Source of the DNA: an uncultured Pseudomonadota bacterium
Lineage (GTDB): Bacteria > Myxococcota_A > Polyangia > Fen-1088
DNA length: 64,000 nucleotides
Assembly: GCA_963847705.1 (NCBI GenBank)
Contig: CAWKBC010000001.1
Span: 166,265 to 230,264, forward strand
Direction of reading: 5' to 3'
The position numbers were made by a program, and so were the translations under genes. The notes under the pieces are model-generated. The model was not told the origin of the DNA and made no database searches. It worked only from the letters and a program-made list of their open reading frames with translations. Every line of letters starts with the position of its first letter. Position 1 is the first letter of the stretch. This document shows, piece by piece, positions 10,954 to 20,154 of this stretch.

Positions 10954-11034
10954 CCTGAGGCAACCCGGCTGACTGCGTGAGTCCCGATGGTTTTGCGTCC
11001 CCCGATCGCTCGGGGTTTGCGGTTTGGTCACAGG
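10954..11034 (-). ncRNA. GEMM-I / cyclic di-GMP-I class riboswitch
   Basis: Minus strand reads cctgtgaccaaaccGCAAAccccga-GCGA-tcggggGACGCAAAaccatcGGGactcacgcagtCAGCCGGGTTGCCtcagg: GCAAAC, GNRA-capped P2, GACGCAAA and CAGCCGGGTTGCC all match the GEMM consensus; lies directly 5' of the CDS. Confidence 0.85.
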
Positions 11035-11230
11035 TGCTGCTGATGGACACAGGGATACAAAAGCAGTAATCAGGCCAACCATTTTTTTAGTGAAATAGCG
11101 GCTCAATGGGGAGTTTGGACACCATCCGTTGTTGCCAAAACAACAGAATGGATGTCGCCGAGGCAACGCTTGGCGAGGACGCGTGACGCAGGGGAGGCGT
11201 CGCTGGCGCCGCGATGCGGCACGAAAAATC

Positions 11231-11401
11231 TCAGTCGCGCAGAGCTTTTAGTATTCGGCGATGGCGCCCATCGCGGACGTGGACGCGCTTGCACCGAGCA
11301 GAACAGGCAAAGACGACGATCCGGGCTTTCTCGCAGATCGTGCAAACCCAGAACGAGGCGATCGGCTGGCGGCAAACCGAGCAGCTCTGTGCACCGGGCA
11401 T
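11231..11401 (-). CDS. Putative small zinc-finger protein (HIT/MYND-like Cys pattern)
   Basis: MPGAQSCSVC-x9-CTIC-x9-CSARCKRVH..H in an otherwise intergenic region; no clear SD. Confidence 0.45.
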   Translation of the reverse strand: MPGAQSCSVCRQPIASFWVCTICEKARIVVFACSARCKRVHVRDGRHRRILKALRD

Positions 11402-11725
11402 GTCAGGTGGGCTCAAAAGGCTGGTTCGAACCGGTCCCGGTGAGGCGCGGTCGATAATCTCTGGGCTGGCGCGCGTCAACGACCTGGCAGGTCAGCTCCT
11501 CGGCCGCCTCTCGATCGAGCGGCAGCGTGACCGGTCCGACGGTGATCAGGAAGCCACGAGCCGAGGGACAACCTCCAGGTGGGCCCTAACATTCCGAAAT
11601 CTATGTTTCTTTCCGGGCTTTCTGATCGCCATCCCGCTCTGTGTATTTGTCTCGTCCACCTCCGCATTGTCATGGAACCGGGGGTACGCAATCGCACCAC
11701 CCATCCCGAACCCTGACAGGTTGTC

Positions 11726-11752
11726 TGACAAGGCAGGGCAGATCGCGACAAT
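11726..11752 (+). promoter_or_regulatory. Putative promoter TGACAA-N15-GACAAT upstream of ECF sigma 1
   Basis: Recurring motif. Confidence 0.5.
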
Positions 11753-11768
11753 GGTCGGGTGGGTTATT

Positions 11769-12320
11769 GTGAGTCATCTGCGCCTCATTCCCCGAGCAGC
11801 TCCGCAGATGTCGCCCGACGATGCCTGCCTCGGTGCCTTCCAGCAGGAGCTCGGTTACATCTACCGATCGTTCCGGCGACTCGGCACCCCTCCCTCGGAG
11901 GTGGAGGACCTGACTCAGGATCTGTTCGTGGCGCTCCGAAGAGCCTGGAGCAAGTACGACTCCACCCGTCCCCTGCGCCCCTACCTGTTTGGGTTCGCCT
12001 TCCGGATCGCGGCTGCCCACGAGCGTAAGCGGACACGCGAGGTGGCGTCCGGCCTGGTCCAGCTGGACGACACCGGGCCGGGGGCAGAGGAGGAGCTCCA
12101 ATCCCATCAGACGCGCCGGCTGGTGCTGGCGGCGCTCAACCGGATTCCGCTTCCCAGGCGTGCCGTTCTCGTCATGCACGAGCTCGATGACGTTCCGGTG
12201 GCCGAGGTGGCCTCCACCCTCTCGATCCCCCTCTTCACCGTCTACTCGCGGTTGCGGAAGGCCCGTCGAGAGCTCCAGACGGGAATTCGGCGCCTGCTGA
12301 GGGAAGCGGGCGGCGAGTGA
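11769..12320 (+). CDS. ECF RNA polymerase sigma factor (copy 1)
   Basis: sigma2 EVEDLTQDLF..RPYLFGFAFR; sigma4 RRAVLVMHELD..VYSRLRKAR; start inferred (GTG 11769 or ATG 11751). Confidence 0.9.
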   Translation: MSHLRLIPRAAPQMSPDDACLGAFQQELGYIYRSFRRLGTPPSEVEDLTQDLFVALRRAWSKYDSTRPLRPYLFGFAFRIAAAHERKRTREVASGLVQLDDTGPGAEEELQSHQTRRLVLAALNRIPLPRRAVLVMHELDDVPVAEVASTLSIPLFTVYSRLRKARRELQTGIRRLLREAGGE

Positions 12321-12991
12321 TCGAATCGAAGGGAAGACTTCCCCCAGCGGTGCGGGCGCTGCTGGATCGAGAGCGTCAGATTTCGGACCTGCCCGCCGCC
12401 GCCCGTGCCAGGATGCTCTCTCGTGCGCGCGCTGCGCTGGCCGCGGGGGTGGCCAGGCAGCCAATCCCGCCGAGGGCACCCTCAGCAGTTCGATGGGCGG
12501 CGGCGGCGGGGCTGGCCTGCGTGGCAGCCGTGGCGTCGGGCGCGGCCGCTTACAGCGTCGGCGTCCACGCCCGGCCGGTCGCGCCCGGCCTCCCGACGCC
12601 GCCCGCGCAATCCCCCACCGCCCGCTCGGACGCGGGAGACGGGCCGATCGTCGACCTGCGCCCTGCGCCGGCGCTCGCCGCGAAGCCGACCCGCCCCTCG
12701 GCTGGCGCTGGCCGGGCGGAGCTGCGTCTCCTCCAGCAGGCGCGGGCGGCCGTGGCGCGAGAGGATTTCATGCTGGCGCTCCAGCTGCTGGGCGAACACG
12801 CGCACCGCTTCAGAACGGGGCGGTTGGTGGAAGAGAGGGAAGCTCTGCGCGTCAAGTCCCTGGCGGGTCTTGGGCGCCGCGGGGCCGCCCGCCGTGCAGC
12901 GGCCGATTTCGAAGCCAACTTTCCGCGCAGCCCCCTTCTGCCCAGCGTCAGCGACATGCTCGATTCGTCCGCAGAGAATGAACGAAATTGA
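12317..12991 (+). CDS. Putative anti-sigma factor (N-terminal domain, one TM, Pro linker, TPR-like C-terminus)
   Basis: GTGA overlap with sigma; TM WAAAAGLACVAAV; EEREALRVKSLAGLGR...FPRS motif shared with 3 paralogs. Confidence 0.8.
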   Translation: MIESKGRLPPAVRALLDRERQISDLPAAARARMLSRARAALAAGVARQPIPPRAPSAVRWAAAAGLACVAAVASGAAAYSVGVHARPVAPGLPTPPAQSPTARSDAGDGPIVDLRPAPALAAKPTRPSAGAGRAELRLLQQARAAVAREDFMLALQLLGEHAHRFRTGRLVEEREALRVKSLAGLGRRGAARRAAADFEANFPRSPLLPSVSDMLDSSAENERN

Positions 12992-13113
12992 GTCACGGCC
13001 GCGGGCGGCAACTCCTCGGGGCTAGCCACCACATTCCGTTTTCGCGGCCGGCGCCGGGCCAGGCAAGATCCAACGGGACTGGCTGTCGCCAGGTTCGCTA
13101 GGCCTGGCGCGAC

Positions 13114-14211
13114 ATGCCAGCATGCGAGGGTGTCGCCGTCTCAATCGCGAGGCTGTCGGAAAAATATCTCGTGAGGTGGCTCCTGTTCAGCTTGTCCTTG
13201 ATGGCTCCCGCGTCGACGCTCCTCGGAACGACCGCCTGGGCCGCTTCGCCGACGACCGTCACGCTCGATTACCAGGTCGATCCAGAGGTGACTGGATGTC
13301 CGGCGGCGGCGGAGTTTCGGAGCACCGTGGAGCGCCAGCTTGGCTACGATCCGTTTCGGGCTGTCGCTGAACGGCGGGTCGCCGTCCAGATAGGGCGCAG
13401 GGGCGCCAGCTTCGACGGACGGATCAAATGGAGCGACGACCATGGACGATGGGTGGGCGATCGCCAACTGGCTTCGCGACGCCCGGGGTGCGCCGATCTC
13501 GCGGCCAGCCTGGCTTTCTCGGTGGCGGTGCAGATACAGCTCATCGCGGCGCTTGCGCCGTCCACGCCGGAGCCGCCCGCTCCGGTGCAGACCCCCGTCG
13601 CTCCTCCCGCCCCGGCGATGGTGTCGGAGCAACCTCCGATCTCTCCTGCGCAACCTCTCCCGCCGGCGGGCAAAGTCGCCGCGCCGCCAACCCCGGAACC
13701 GCGCTCGGCGGAACATGCGCGGCGTCTGAAGCTATTCCTCGGCGTTGGTCCCTCGCTGACTCTGTGGTCGGCGCCTCATCCCACGGGACTCGGCCGGATC
13801 TTCGCCAGCGGACGGGTCTCCTGGATCTCGGTCGAGATCGCCCTGGACGCCGCGTTGCCGGCAACCCAAAGAGAGGCCGACGGAAGCGGCTTTTCACTCG
13901 ACCGGTTCGCGGCTGGTGCGGCCGTGTGTGGTCACGCATCGGCCTTGGCCGCCTGCCTCACGACGACGGTGGGTCTGCTGCGGGCCCGTGGGCTCGAGGT
14001 GGACGCTCCTGCTTCGTCCTCCGGCCTCTTCTCCCAGCTGGGGGCCCGGATTGGGGTGGCGGAAAATCTCGGTCGCTACTTCGTCGCCGCCAGAACGGAC
14101 GCGCTCGTCATGCTCTCCTCGTGGTCGGTGAGGCTCAATGACACCGCCGTCTGGACGACACCCCGCGTCGGCCTCGTCGTCGGCTTCGACCTCGGCGTGC
14201 GCTTTTTCTGA
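13114..14211 (+). CDS. Two-domain exported protein with putative C-terminal outer-membrane beta-barrel
   Basis: Signal peptide (AWA); LDY..GCP..F...V...LGYDPF domain; Pro linker; alternating beta strands ending GFDLGVRFF; true start may be downstream. Confidence 0.75.
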   Translation: MPACEGVAVSIARLSEKYLVRWLLFSLSLMAPASTLLGTTAWAASPTTVTLDYQVDPEVTGCPAAAEFRSTVERQLGYDPFRAVAERRVAVQIGRRGASFDGRIKWSDDHGRWVGDRQLASRRPGCADLAASLAFSVAVQIQLIAALAPSTPEPPAPVQTPVAPPAPAMVSEQPPISPAQPLPPAGKVAAPPTPEPRSAEHARRLKLFLGVGPSLTLWSAPHPTGLGRIFASGRVSWISVEIALDAALPATQREADGSGFSLDRFAAGAAVCGHASALAACLTTTVGLLRARGLEVDAPASSSGLFSQLGARIGVAENLGRYFVAARTDALVMLSSWSVRLNDTAVWTTPRVGLVVGFDLGVRFF

Positions 14212-14244
14212 GAAGACCTTTTGTCTGCGAGCACCTACAATCCG

Positions 14245-14802
14245 ATGCAGTCCGTGCGTCAATTGCGCCTAGTGCCGTCACCCTCTCCAGCGGTGACCCC
14301 TGACGAGGCCTGCCTGGAGGCCTTTCTGCGCGAGCTCGACTACGTGCACCGAACGTTGCGCCGCCTCGGCACCTCCCCGTCGGAGACGGACGATCTGGCG
14401 CAGGAGGTGTTCCTCGCTCTGCGCAATTGCTGGAGCAAGTACGATCCCGAGCGGCCGTTGCGCCCGTATCTGTTCGGGATCGCCTTCCGGATCGCGCTGG
14501 CGCACCACCGCAAGAGAAACCGCGAGGTGGCATTCGAGGTCGTCGAGGTCAGCGACACCGGTCCTGGACCCGATGATGTGCTCCAGAGCAAGCAGGCCCG
14601 TGCGCTGGTGTTGGCGGCTCTCGAGCACATTCCTCTGCGACGACGTGCCGTGCTGCTCATGCACGATCTCGACGAGGTCCCCGCCGAGGAGGTCGCCGCG
14701 GCGCTCGGAATCCCGAAGTTCACCGTCTACTCGCGCCTGCGAAAGGCCCGCCGCGAGATGGAGACCGCCGTGCGGCGACTGACGAAGCCGAGGACCCGAT
14801 GA
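14245..14802 (+). CDS. ECF RNA polymerase sigma factor (copy 2)
   Basis: DDLAQEVF, RPYLFGIAFR, RRAVLLMHDLD, VYSRLRKAR. Confidence 0.92.
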   Translation: MQSVRQLRLVPSPSPAVTPDEACLEAFLRELDYVHRTLRRLGTSPSETDDLAQEVFLALRNCWSKYDPERPLRPYLFGIAFRIALAHHRKRNREVAFEVVEVSDTGPGPDDVLQSKQARALVLAALEHIPLRRRAVLLMHDLDEVPAEEVAAALGIPKFTVYSRLRKARREMETAVRRLTKPRTR

Positions 14803-15473
14803 CCATGCGTTCCGACATGCCCCCCGAGCTCCGCACGCTGCTCGACCAGGAGCGGGTCATCCCGCCTCTTCCGTCCTCGCAACGGGCGCGCGCCATGGCC
14901 CGGGCGCGGGCAGCCCTGGCCACGCCAGCCAAGGCCACCGCTGCACCGTTCGGCGCGCCGCCGCGTCTCCGGTGGGCCACAGCGGCGGCGGCTGTCCTGG
15001 TGGTCAGCGCGGCGGTCGCCGCCGCCGCATACGAGATCCACACCCGGTTCGCGCCCGGACCGACGACTGGTCCGGCAGCGGTAGCCTCGGTGCCCAAGGT
15101 CGTGGCGAACGCCCCCTCTCCGTCGCCGCCTGCGGGGGCGCTCCCCGAACTGCCCCCTGCGCCGGCACCCACCGTCGCGGCACCGGTCCAGTCGCCGGCG
15201 GATGCGGCGCGCGAGGAGCTGCATCTCATGCGGCAGGCGCGCGCGGCGGTCGCGCGCGGTGACTTCGCAGCGGCGCTCGCGCCTCTCGCCGAGCACGCGC
15301 GCCTCTGCAAGAACGGTCGGCTCGTCGAGGAACGGGAGGCGCTGCGCGTGAAGGCGCTCATGGGCCTCGGCCGCTCCGAAGAGGCGCGTCGCGCGGCGGC
15401 CGCTTTCCGCGCACGTTTCCCGCGCAGCGTTCTCTTGCCGGCAGTCGGTCAGATGCCGGTTTCGCGACCGTGA
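14799..15473 (+). CDS. Putative anti-sigma factor with TPR-like C-terminus
   Basis: ATGA overlap; single TM; EEREALRVKALMGLGR..RFPRSVLL. Confidence 0.8.
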   Translation: MTMRSDMPPELRTLLDQERVIPPLPSSQRARAMARARAALATPAKATAAPFGAPPRLRWATAAAAVLVVSAAVAAAAYEIHTRFAPGPTTGPAAVASVPKVVANAPSPSPPAGALPELPPAPAPTVAAPVQSPADAAREELHLMRQARAAVARGDFAAALAPLAEHARLCKNGRLVEEREALRVKALMGLGRSEEARRAAAAFRARFPRSVLLPAVGQMPVSRP

Positions 15474-16492
15474 TCGGGGCTGGGCTTCGTCCGCCCGGCG
15501 GACGGCTGCCAGTCGCGCTTCGCTTGGTTCTCGTTCTGGTGGCGGCGAGCTGCTCCGGCACGCTCGACGCTGGCAAGGACATTCCCCACGGGATGCTCCC
15601 GGTCGACGAGCGGAACCCGGTGATCATCTACAACGACTCCTCGATCGACAACTGGATGGGAGAGTACGCATTCCTGCTGGCGAACAGCGGAGGACCTCCG
15701 GTGGCCGGACTTGTCGCGACGGCCAGCGGCTACTGGCACAACGTCAACGACAACGCCAGCGGTTGGAGCAACGTGTTGACCGCCGCGCAGTCGAGCGGGT
15801 TGAAGAACATTCCGGCGACGGTCATCACGAGCACGAACAATCCTCCGCTCACGCGACCCATGGACGGACAGATCGACGACACTGCGCCCAACAACTCGGC
15901 CGGCGCTTCGTTGATCGTGAATCTGTCGCGCGAGCTGAGCCTGCCGTGGCGTCCGGTCGTCGTCTTGGCGGGCACGCAAATGACCGACGTCGCCGACGCC
16001 TATCTGATCGATCACAGCGTCGCCGAGCGGGTGGTCGTGGTGGCGGCGCTCGGAACCTACGCCGCGCCGAACGGTGTCATGGCTGCACCCAACGGCGAGC
16101 TCGACCCGTGGGCCGACTGGATCGTGGCCCAGCGGTTCCAGTACGTGCAGGTCAGCGCCTTTTACGATCAGACGGTGGATGTGACGACGGCTGAGCTCCC
16201 CGATCTGCCGTCCAATGCACTGGGTGCCGAGATGGCCGCGAAGCAACCCAACATCTTCACCATCACCACCGCGGCCGATCAGGTGAGCGTCCTGGCCGTC
16301 GCCTTACCCGCCTTCGTTGGCGCGGTGCAACGAGCGGTCCCCGACACCACGGCCGCCTTCGATTCCACCCAGGGCCCGCCATTGATTCCGGCCGCGAACG
16401 GCAACGTCTGGATCGTCACGCAGATCGCCGCGCCGCTCGCCGGCGCCACTCTCTGGCAGATGCTGCTCGATCGCACCCTCTTCGGCGGCTGA
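15470..16492 (+). CDS. Nucleoside-hydrolase-fold lipoprotein with degenerate active-site motif
   Basis: AASC lipobox; VIIYNDSSIDNW, GTQMTDVADAYLID, NGELDPWAD align to IU-NH DxDxxxDD, GPLTN and N..DPEA; GTGA overlap. Confidence 0.7.
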   Translation: MIGAGLRPPGGRLPVALRLVLVLVAASCSGTLDAGKDIPHGMLPVDERNPVIIYNDSSIDNWMGEYAFLLANSGGPPVAGLVATASGYWHNVNDNASGWSNVLTAAQSSGLKNIPATVITSTNNPPLTRPMDGQIDDTAPNNSAGASLIVNLSRELSLPWRPVVVLAGTQMTDVADAYLIDHSVAERVVVVAALGTYAAPNGVMAAPNGELDPWADWIVAQRFQYVQVSAFYDQTVDVTTAELPDLPSNALGAEMAAKQPNIFTITTAADQVSVLAVALPAFVGAVQRAVPDTTAAFDSTQGPPLIPAANGNVWIVTQIAAPLAGATLWQMLLDRTLFGG

Positions 16493-16535
16493 CCGCCCGA
16501 CGACGGTCGCGACGGAAGCCGGCGCAGTTTTCCCT

Positions 16536-16560
16536 CAACAAAACGACGGCCGCCAGCAGT
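16536..16560 (+). promoter_or_regulatory. Putative promoter CAACAA-N13-AGCAGT, 6 nt before GTG 16567
   Basis: Recurring motif. Confidence 0.5.
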
Positions 16561-16566
16561 TCCAGT

Positions 16567-18107
16567 GTGGTCGCCGTCCGCGCTCTGCGGACAGGCCCCC
16601 CCAGACCTGCGGCCAAGGAGAGCTTCGTGCAACAGACTGCGTCCCGTTTCAAGAAGACGTTCCGGATCGCTGCGCCAGTTCTGGCGGCCCTCATCGCCGG
16701 GTGTGGAGCAGCGGACACCGACGGCGGTGAGAGTGGCTCTGGTGGCCGCCTGGGGACCGGAGGAATGGTTGGCGGGGGAGGGGAGACGGCGTCCGGAGGG
16801 AACGGCGGGACGAGAACGGCGGCCGGGGGGACGTTCGGCTCTGGCGGGATCGGCACCGCGACAGGCGGAAGCGTCGGGGGAGGTGGCGCGGCTGGCAGCG
16901 GACCGGCGGGGTCGGGCGGCGCCACGGCGACCGGCGGGCATCTCGGCTCCGGGGGAGCGGGAAACGGCGGCGCAGGTGGAGGGAGCAGCGGTGGCGGCAC
17001 GGGAAGCGGCGGGGCTGCTGGGACGGGCGGGACGAGCGGCGGGGGGACGAGCGGCAGCGGCGGCAAAGGCGGCGGCGGGACACCCGGCTCGGGCGGCACC
17101 GCCGGCTCGGCCGGCGCGGGGGGAGCGTCGGGGGCCCTCGGGCCGTGCGACATCTACCAATCGGCGGGCACTCCCTGCGTGGCGGCCCACAGCACCGTCC
17201 GTGCGCTCTATGCCGCCTACAAGGGCGCCCTCTACCAGGTCCGGCGAGCTTCAGACAATTCTACGAAGGACGTCCCGGTGCTCAACGCCGGAGGGTTCGC
17301 TGACGTCTCCGTTCAAAATACTTTCTGCTCCGGCACGAAGTGCACCATCTCGATCCTCTACGACCAGTCGACGAACCACAACAACCTCGTCAAGTCGGGC
17401 GTCGCGCATTGGTTGCCGAACGGAGGAACCGAAGCCGATGCCGCGGCCGGACAGATCACGGTCAGCGGTCACACGGTTCACGGAATCTACGTCACCGGCG
17501 ACTCCACGAACGTCGCTTACAGAAACAACGCCACGACGGGGGTGGCGAAGGGAGATCAGGCGGAGGCGATGTACATGGTGGTGGACGGCAAGCGCACCAG
17601 CGACCAGTGCTGCTTCGACTACGGAAACGCCGAGACCACCGGGGTCGACGACGGCAACGGCACGATGGAGGCCGTGTACTGGGGGTCCGACACCACCTGG
17701 GGGGGAAGGGCGAAGGCAACGGCCCGTGGGTGGCCGCCGACCTCGAGAATGGGATGTTCAAGAGCAACCAGGGCGGATGGCAAACCACCTCGACGTCGCC
17801 GAACGACAAGTCGGTGGTCGCGGCCTTCGCGACCGCGATGTTGAAAGGTCCGTCCGGGAATCATTTCACGCTCAAGGCTGCGGACGCGCAGTCTGGCGCC
17901 CTGACCACGATGTGGGACAGCGTGCGTCCATCTCCCGGCTACAGTCCCAAGAAGTTGGAGGGGGCGATCATCTTGGGAACGGGCGGGGACGGAAGCAATG
18001 GCGGCACGGGAACCTTCTTCGAAGGAGCCATGACCAGCGGCAATCCGTCGGACGCGACCGACGCCGCCATCCAGGCCAACATCGTGGCGGCGGGCTATGG
18101 GCGCTGA
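16567..18107 (+). pseudogene. GH54 alpha-L-arabinofuranosidase B-type lipoprotein, frameshifted in a G7 run (17699-17705)
   Basis: GPCDIY..CVAAHST, CCFDYGN, GTMEAVY in one frame; GPWVAADLENG..GTGGD..AAGYGR in another; one extra G restores WGGKGEGNGPW. May be a sequencing error. Confidence 0.8.
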
Positions 18108-18184
18108 GGTCCCGTCGTCGAGAAAAGTGAGCTAGTTCTCGCGAATCGGGCCACTGCGGGGTACTCGGAAGACAGCCACGCGCG

Positions 18185-18817
18185 ATGCCGATCCCCCGTT
18201 CCAAGCCACCTCTCTCACTGGTCGTCGGCGGAGCTCCCCGCGACGCCAGCGATCGCGACCTGGCAGCCGGTCTCGTCGCGGGAGAGGAGTGGGCCGTCTC
18301 TGAAACCTGGCGCCGGTTCGCGCCCATGGTTCTCATGGCCGCCGAGCGTATCCTTGGTTCGAGCTCCGAGGCCGAGGACGTCGCCCAGGACGTGTTTTGC
18401 CTGGTCTTTCAGCGCGTGAGAACGCTCCGGCAGTTCGGAAGCTTTCGGAGCTTCGTCTATTCCTTCGCCGTCCGGCGGCTGCGGGAGGAGCTGCGCCGCC
18501 GCAAGCGACGTCACTGGCTGTCGCTCTTCGGTGCCGCCCAGCCGGACGCGCCAGATCTCCGATCCGCGGATCTGGAGTCCCGGGACGTGTTGCGGCGGTT
18601 CGACCGGTTGCTCGATCGGCTTTCGGCCCGCGACAGGCTGGTGTTCGTCCTCAGGCGCATGGACGACATGACGATCGAGGAGATCGCCGGGACGATGGAT
18701 CTGTCGACGTCGACGGTGAAGCGCGCGATGGCACACGCCTCCGAGCGGCTGTCCCGCTGGGTCGCGGCCGACTCGGGCCTTGCCGCCCTGGCGGGGGGGA
18801 AACGATGGGAAAAGTAA
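18185..18817 (+). CDS. ECF RNA polymerase sigma factor (copy 3, distinct subtype)
   Basis: EAEDVAQDVF, FRSFVYSFAVR, DRLVFVLR..MTIEEIA..STVKR; GACAGC lies 8 nt before the ATG. Confidence 0.9.
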   Translation: MPIPRSKPPLSLVVGGAPRDASDRDLAAGLVAGEEWAVSETWRRFAPMVLMAAERILGSSSEAEDVAQDVFCLVFQRVRTLRQFGSFRSFVYSFAVRRLREELRRRKRRHWLSLFGAAQPDAPDLRSADLESRDVLRRFDRLLDRLSARDRLVFVLRRMDDMTIEEIAGTMDLSTSTVKRAMAHASERLSRWVAADSGLAALAGGKRWEK

Positions 18818-20148
18818 CGGCGGGGGCCGACGGCCCATTCGCGGGCGACCCGGGCGATCATCCGGCCCTGTCGTCGCTGGTCGAGCTGAGCCGCGACGCG
18901 GTGAAACCACCCAGCGAGGCGCAGCTGGAACGAGGATTGATCGAGGTGCGGGAGCGCCTGGCCGAGGTTCGTTCGCGCGGCCGCGTCTGGCGGCGGGCTG
19001 CGGTCGCCGGAGCGGCGGCGGCGGTCCTGCTTGCGACCGGGATCTGGGGAGTGTCGGTGTTTCGGAGTGGTGCGATTTTGGGCCCGCTGGCCGTCGATCG
19101 GCCGGTGACGGTTGATCGGATCGAAGGCGGGGAGTTGCTGGACGGAGGTTATCTTTCCGAATCGGGACATGGGGGCGTCGGTGTGTTCTTCAATGAAGGA
19201 AGCTCATTCCTGCTTGCGCCGGGAACCCGGGGTCGCTTGCGCGAGGTCTCCAAGGACGGCGCCCGCTTTGCGCTCGAGGACGGCGGGGCGTCGTTCCAGA
19301 TCACGCCGAACGGGGCCCGCCGGTGGTCGGTCGAGGCCGGACCTTTCCTGGTGACCGTCAAGGGGACCGTCTTCAACGCCGCGTGGGATCCGGTCAGCGA
19401 GCGCTTCGAGCTGTCTCTGCGTCGAGGTCGCGTGGTGGTCAGCGGGCCGGTCGCGGGCGGGGCCATTCCCCTTCGCGCTGGACAGCACCTCGTCATCGTC
19501 CTGCCCCGAGCAGAGATGGTCATCACTGAAGAACGGTCACAGGAGCCGCCAGAGGAGCAGGCCCGGGAGGGCCCGCCGACTGAGATGCCCGCGGCTGCGG
19601 CGGCGCCCTCCGCGAAGCATCCGGCCGCGCGGACGAACATGGCCGGTGGCGCGGCACCTCTCGTCTCCAGCACCAGCGCGGGGCGACGCTGGGCCGAGCT
19701 GATGGCCGCTGGACACTGGGACCAGATCCTGGCCGACGTCGATCGCCAGGGGATCGACGCCGCGCTGGAGTCTGCCTCCAGCGAGGACTTGCTGGCGCTC
19801 GCCGATGCCGCTCGCTATCGGCGCCGCGCGGGTCTGGCGCGCGCGGCGCTCCTCGCCCAGCGACGCCGCTACCCTGGCTCGGTCCGGGCGCTGGACGCGC
19901 TGTTCCTGCTCGGTCGGGTCGAGGAGCTGAGCTCAGACGGTGCCGCGCGTGCGATCGCGTTTTATGACGACTATCTCGAGCGTGCGCCCCGGGGCGGATA
20001 TGCGGCGGAGGCGCTGGGGCGCAAGATGATCCTCACCAACGACCTCGGCGGTCCGGGCAAGGCGCGGCCGCTCGCCGACGAGTATCTGCGTCGCTTTCCC
20101 AGCGGCAGCTACGCGGGGTCGGCGCGGGCGCTCGGCCGCGTACCGTAG
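18805..20148 (+). CDS. FecR-like anti-sigma factor with C-terminal TPR-like domain
   Basis: Overlaps the sigma stop; single TM; FecR-type VEAGPFLVTVKGTVF..GRVVV; C-terminal helical YLRRFPSGSYA. Confidence 0.85.
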   Translation: MGKVTAGADGPFAGDPGDHPALSSLVELSRDAVKPPSEAQLERGLIEVRERLAEVRSRGRVWRRAAVAGAAAAVLLATGIWGVSVFRSGAILGPLAVDRPVTVDRIEGGELLDGGYLSESGHGGVGVFFNEGSSFLLAPGTRGRLREVSKDGARFALEDGGASFQITPNGARRWSVEAGPFLVTVKGTVFNAAWDPVSERFELSLRRGRVVVSGPVAGGAIPLRAGQHLVIVLPRAEMVITEERSQEPPEEQAREGPPTEMPAAAAAPSAKHPAARTNMAGGAAPLVSSTSAGRRWAELMAAGHWDQILADVDRQGIDAALESASSEDLLALADAARYRRRAGLARAALLAQRRRYPGSVRALDALFLLGRVEELSSDGAARAIAFYDDYLERAPRGGYAAEALGRKMILTNDLGGPGKARPLADEYLRRFPSGSYAGSARALGRVP

Positions 20149-20154
20149 GGCATC

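Noticed and set aside
11123-11153. Imperfect inverted repeat in the AT-rich stretch upstream of the riboswitch
   Set aside because: Mismatched, no U-tract and a single occurrence; no function can be supported
18122-18133. 12-mer gaaaagtgagct shared with 40190-40201 (minus strand)
   Set aside because: Only two copies at inconsistent distances from starts; may be chance
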